From: a candidate division FCPU426 bacterium
Lineage (GTDB): Bacteria > Oederibacteriota > Muellerivitia > Muellerivitales > Muellerivitaceae
Assembly: GCA_963796105.1 (NCBI GenBank)
Contig: CAWCKJ010000012.1
Location: 160,001 to 224,000 of the forward strand
Length of the DNA: 64,000 bases
Direction of reading: 5' to 3'
Made by a program: the position numbers and the translations under genes. Every line of letters starts with the position of its first letter. Positions within the stretch are counted from its first letter, which is position 1. Shown in pieces: positions 62,232 through 64,000 of this stretch. Under the pieces are notes generated by a model that saw nothing but the letters and a program-made list of their open reading frames with translations, did not search any database and was not told the DNA's origin.

Positions 62232-63626
62232 TTATCTCTCGGAAACCCTCGAGGCCGACTCGAAGGTGGTGTACTCGCGCCTGAATACCACGGGGATGTT
62301 ATCGGTGGGGCCGTTACGTTGTTTGGCCAGGACGAATTCATAGGAGAATTTCGGCTGGTCATCGCCCTGCTGGCCCGACCCTTCCTTATGGATGAACAAG
62401 ACCACGTCCGCGTCCTGCTCGATGGCGCCCGATTCCCGCAGGTCCGAGAGGACCGGCCTTTTTTCTTCCTGTCCCTTTTGGGGGCGGGAAAGCTGGGAAA
62501 GAACCACGACCGGGATGTCCAGGTCCTTGGCTAGGGCCTTCAACTGTCGGGACATATAGGCGATTTCCTGCTCGCGGTTGTCGGTTCGGATGCCCGCCTG
62601 GATGAGTTGGAGGTAGTCCACGAAAAGGATGCCGATACCCTCCTCGCGCTTGAGCCGCCGGGCCTTGGCTTTCAGGTCCAGCACCGACATGGAGGAGGTG
62701 TCGTCGATGAACAGCTTGGCCTCGTAGAATTTTCCGGTGACATCCACCAGCCGTCCCCTCTCGTGGTCGGTCAGGTAGCCCGACCGCGCCTTTTTCAGGT
62801 CGATATGGGCCACTGAGCAAAGCAGGCGCAGGGCCAGCTGCTTGGCCGTCATTTCTATGGAGAAGAACCCTACGGGGATTTTCTTGTTGAGCTGGTTGGA
62901 GCCCATGCAGATATGCTGGGCCATGTTCAGGGCCAGGCTGGTTTTCCCGATGGAAGGCCTTGCCCCGATGACGATCAGTTCCGCCGGCTGTAAGCCGGCG
63001 GTCAGTTCGTCCAGGTCCAAAAAGCCCGTGGGGACCCCCGTGATATGCATCTTCTGGTCGGAGAGGTTGTTGACATACTCGAAGCTGTTGCCGATCAAGT
63101 CCCGGATGCTGGCGAAATCCTTGGTCTCGCGGAGCTCAGTGGCCTCGAAAATCCTGTGCTCGGCGTTGTCCAAGAGCTCCTTGACCGGCAGGGAGTCCTC
63201 ATAGGCGTCGGCTACCACCTGGGTGGCGGCCGTGATGAGCCTGCGGCTGGCAGATTTCTCCTTGACGATTTGGGCGTAGTACTCGGCGTTGGCGGCGGTG
63301 GGCACCCGGTCCAGGAGCGCGGTGATGGCCATCATGCCTCCCACATTCTCGAATTCCCCCATGCGCTTCAACTCGTTGGTCAGGGTGATGACGTCCACCG
63401 GCTCCTTGCGGTCATCCAAGGACACGATGGCCTGGTAAAGTTTTCGGTGGGCCTCCCGGTAAAAGTCCTCTTCCTTGCAGATGGGAATGATGGTTCGGAT
63501 GGCTTCCTGGGACAACAGCATGGCCCCGATCACCGACTGCTCGGCCTCCAGGTCCTGGGGCGGGACGCGGAACTCCTGGCTGGGGCGCAGGGGGGAGAGG
63601 TTGCTGCTTTTGCGGTAGACTTCCAT
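62232..63626 (-). CDS. dnaB: Replicative DNA helicase
   Basis: PPQDLEAEQSV, GARPSIGKT, VDYLQL, LSQLSR, DLRESGAIEQDAD, KQRNGP. Confidence 0.98.
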   Translation of the reverse strand: MEVYRKSSNLSPLRPSQEFRVPPQDLEAEQSVIGAMLLSQEAIRTIIPICKEEDFYREAHRKLYQAIVSLDDRKEPVDVITLTNELKRMGEFENVGGMMAITALLDRVPTAANAEYYAQIVKEKSASRRLITAATQVVADAYEDSLPVKELLDNAEHRIFEATELRETKDFASIRDLIGNSFEYVNNLSDQKMHITGVPTGFLDLDELTAGLQPAELIVIGARPSIGKTSLALNMAQHICMGSNQLNKKIPVGFFSIEMTAKQLALRLLCSVAHIDLKKARSGYLTDHERGRLVDVTGKFYEAKLFIDDTSSMSVLDLKAKARRLKREEGIGILFVDYLQLIQAGIRTDNREQEIAYMSRQLKALAKDLDIPVVVLSQLSRPQKGQEEKRPVLSDLRESGAIEQDADVVLFIHKEGSGQQGDDQPKFSYEFVLAKQRNGPTDNIPVVFRREYTTFESASRVSER

Positions 63627-63755
63627 GGCGACTCCGAAATTAGTTTTTCACCGCGAAGAAGGGTAGAGGGGCGAAGAGTGTTTGGCGGCGCACAAGAAAC
63701 AAAACGGGTGTCATTTTAATCTGCTTCAAGAAAAAAAGTTGAAAATAATTTTTAC

Positions 63756-63773
63756 TTATCCACATGTGGATAA
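63756..63773. promoter_or_regulatory. Back-to-back perfect DnaA boxes
   Basis: TTATCCACA-TGTGGATAA in an AT-rich region upstream of dnaB. Confidence 0.75.
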
Positions 63774-64000
63774 AGTTATTCAGAACTCCACTTTTAGATT
63801 TCTCGCTTTCAACTTTTTCCGTCGCGAAAAAATTTATTTGAAATCATTTTTGCCTGGCCTAATTAACGGACACTATCAATGGTCTGTTTTCTTTTATAAA
63901 TCCGATCCAAAGTAACTTCTCACCGTATAGGGTGGCATACGATAGAAAACGCCTTCATAATCAATAGGTTTCCCAACAGAAGTGGTTTGGCAAGGAACAT

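Overview
64 kb of a bacterial chromosome, probably a diderm (MlaFED, O-antigen ligase, lipoprotein), with almost all genes on the minus strand. Housekeeping blocks are: sugar ABC ATPase, waaL-like gene, folC-accD, trpDCF-TPR-trpBA, dapL; tatD-metG-holB-tmk; rplL-rplJ-rplA-rplK-nusG-secE-tRNA-Trp-rpmG-tuf with a tRNA Thr/Tyr/Gly/Thr cluster split by a PEPCK-like gene and an aspA/fumC-family gene; rlmB-MBOAT-cysS-cysE-gltX-ispF-ispD-radA; mlaDFE-alr-dnaB. A ~17 kb accessory/defence hotspot (about 11.5-28.4 kb) lies downstream of tatD. It holds VapBC, a 10-bp-core tandem array split by an IS21 (5-bp target duplication visible), an ORF6N gene, a candidate structured RNA, a type I RM locus, a duplicated tatD 3' end, a carbohydrate-binding lipoprotein and HigBA. 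The best candidate for a new system is in the RM locus: a HEPN toxin sits between hsdM and hsdS, and its MNT antitoxin is fused to HsdS (fusion broken by a single-base frameshift). The RM locus and the lipoprotein gene are each bracketed by inverted copies of a REP-like hairpin motif. All family calls come from motif recognition; no database searches were run.
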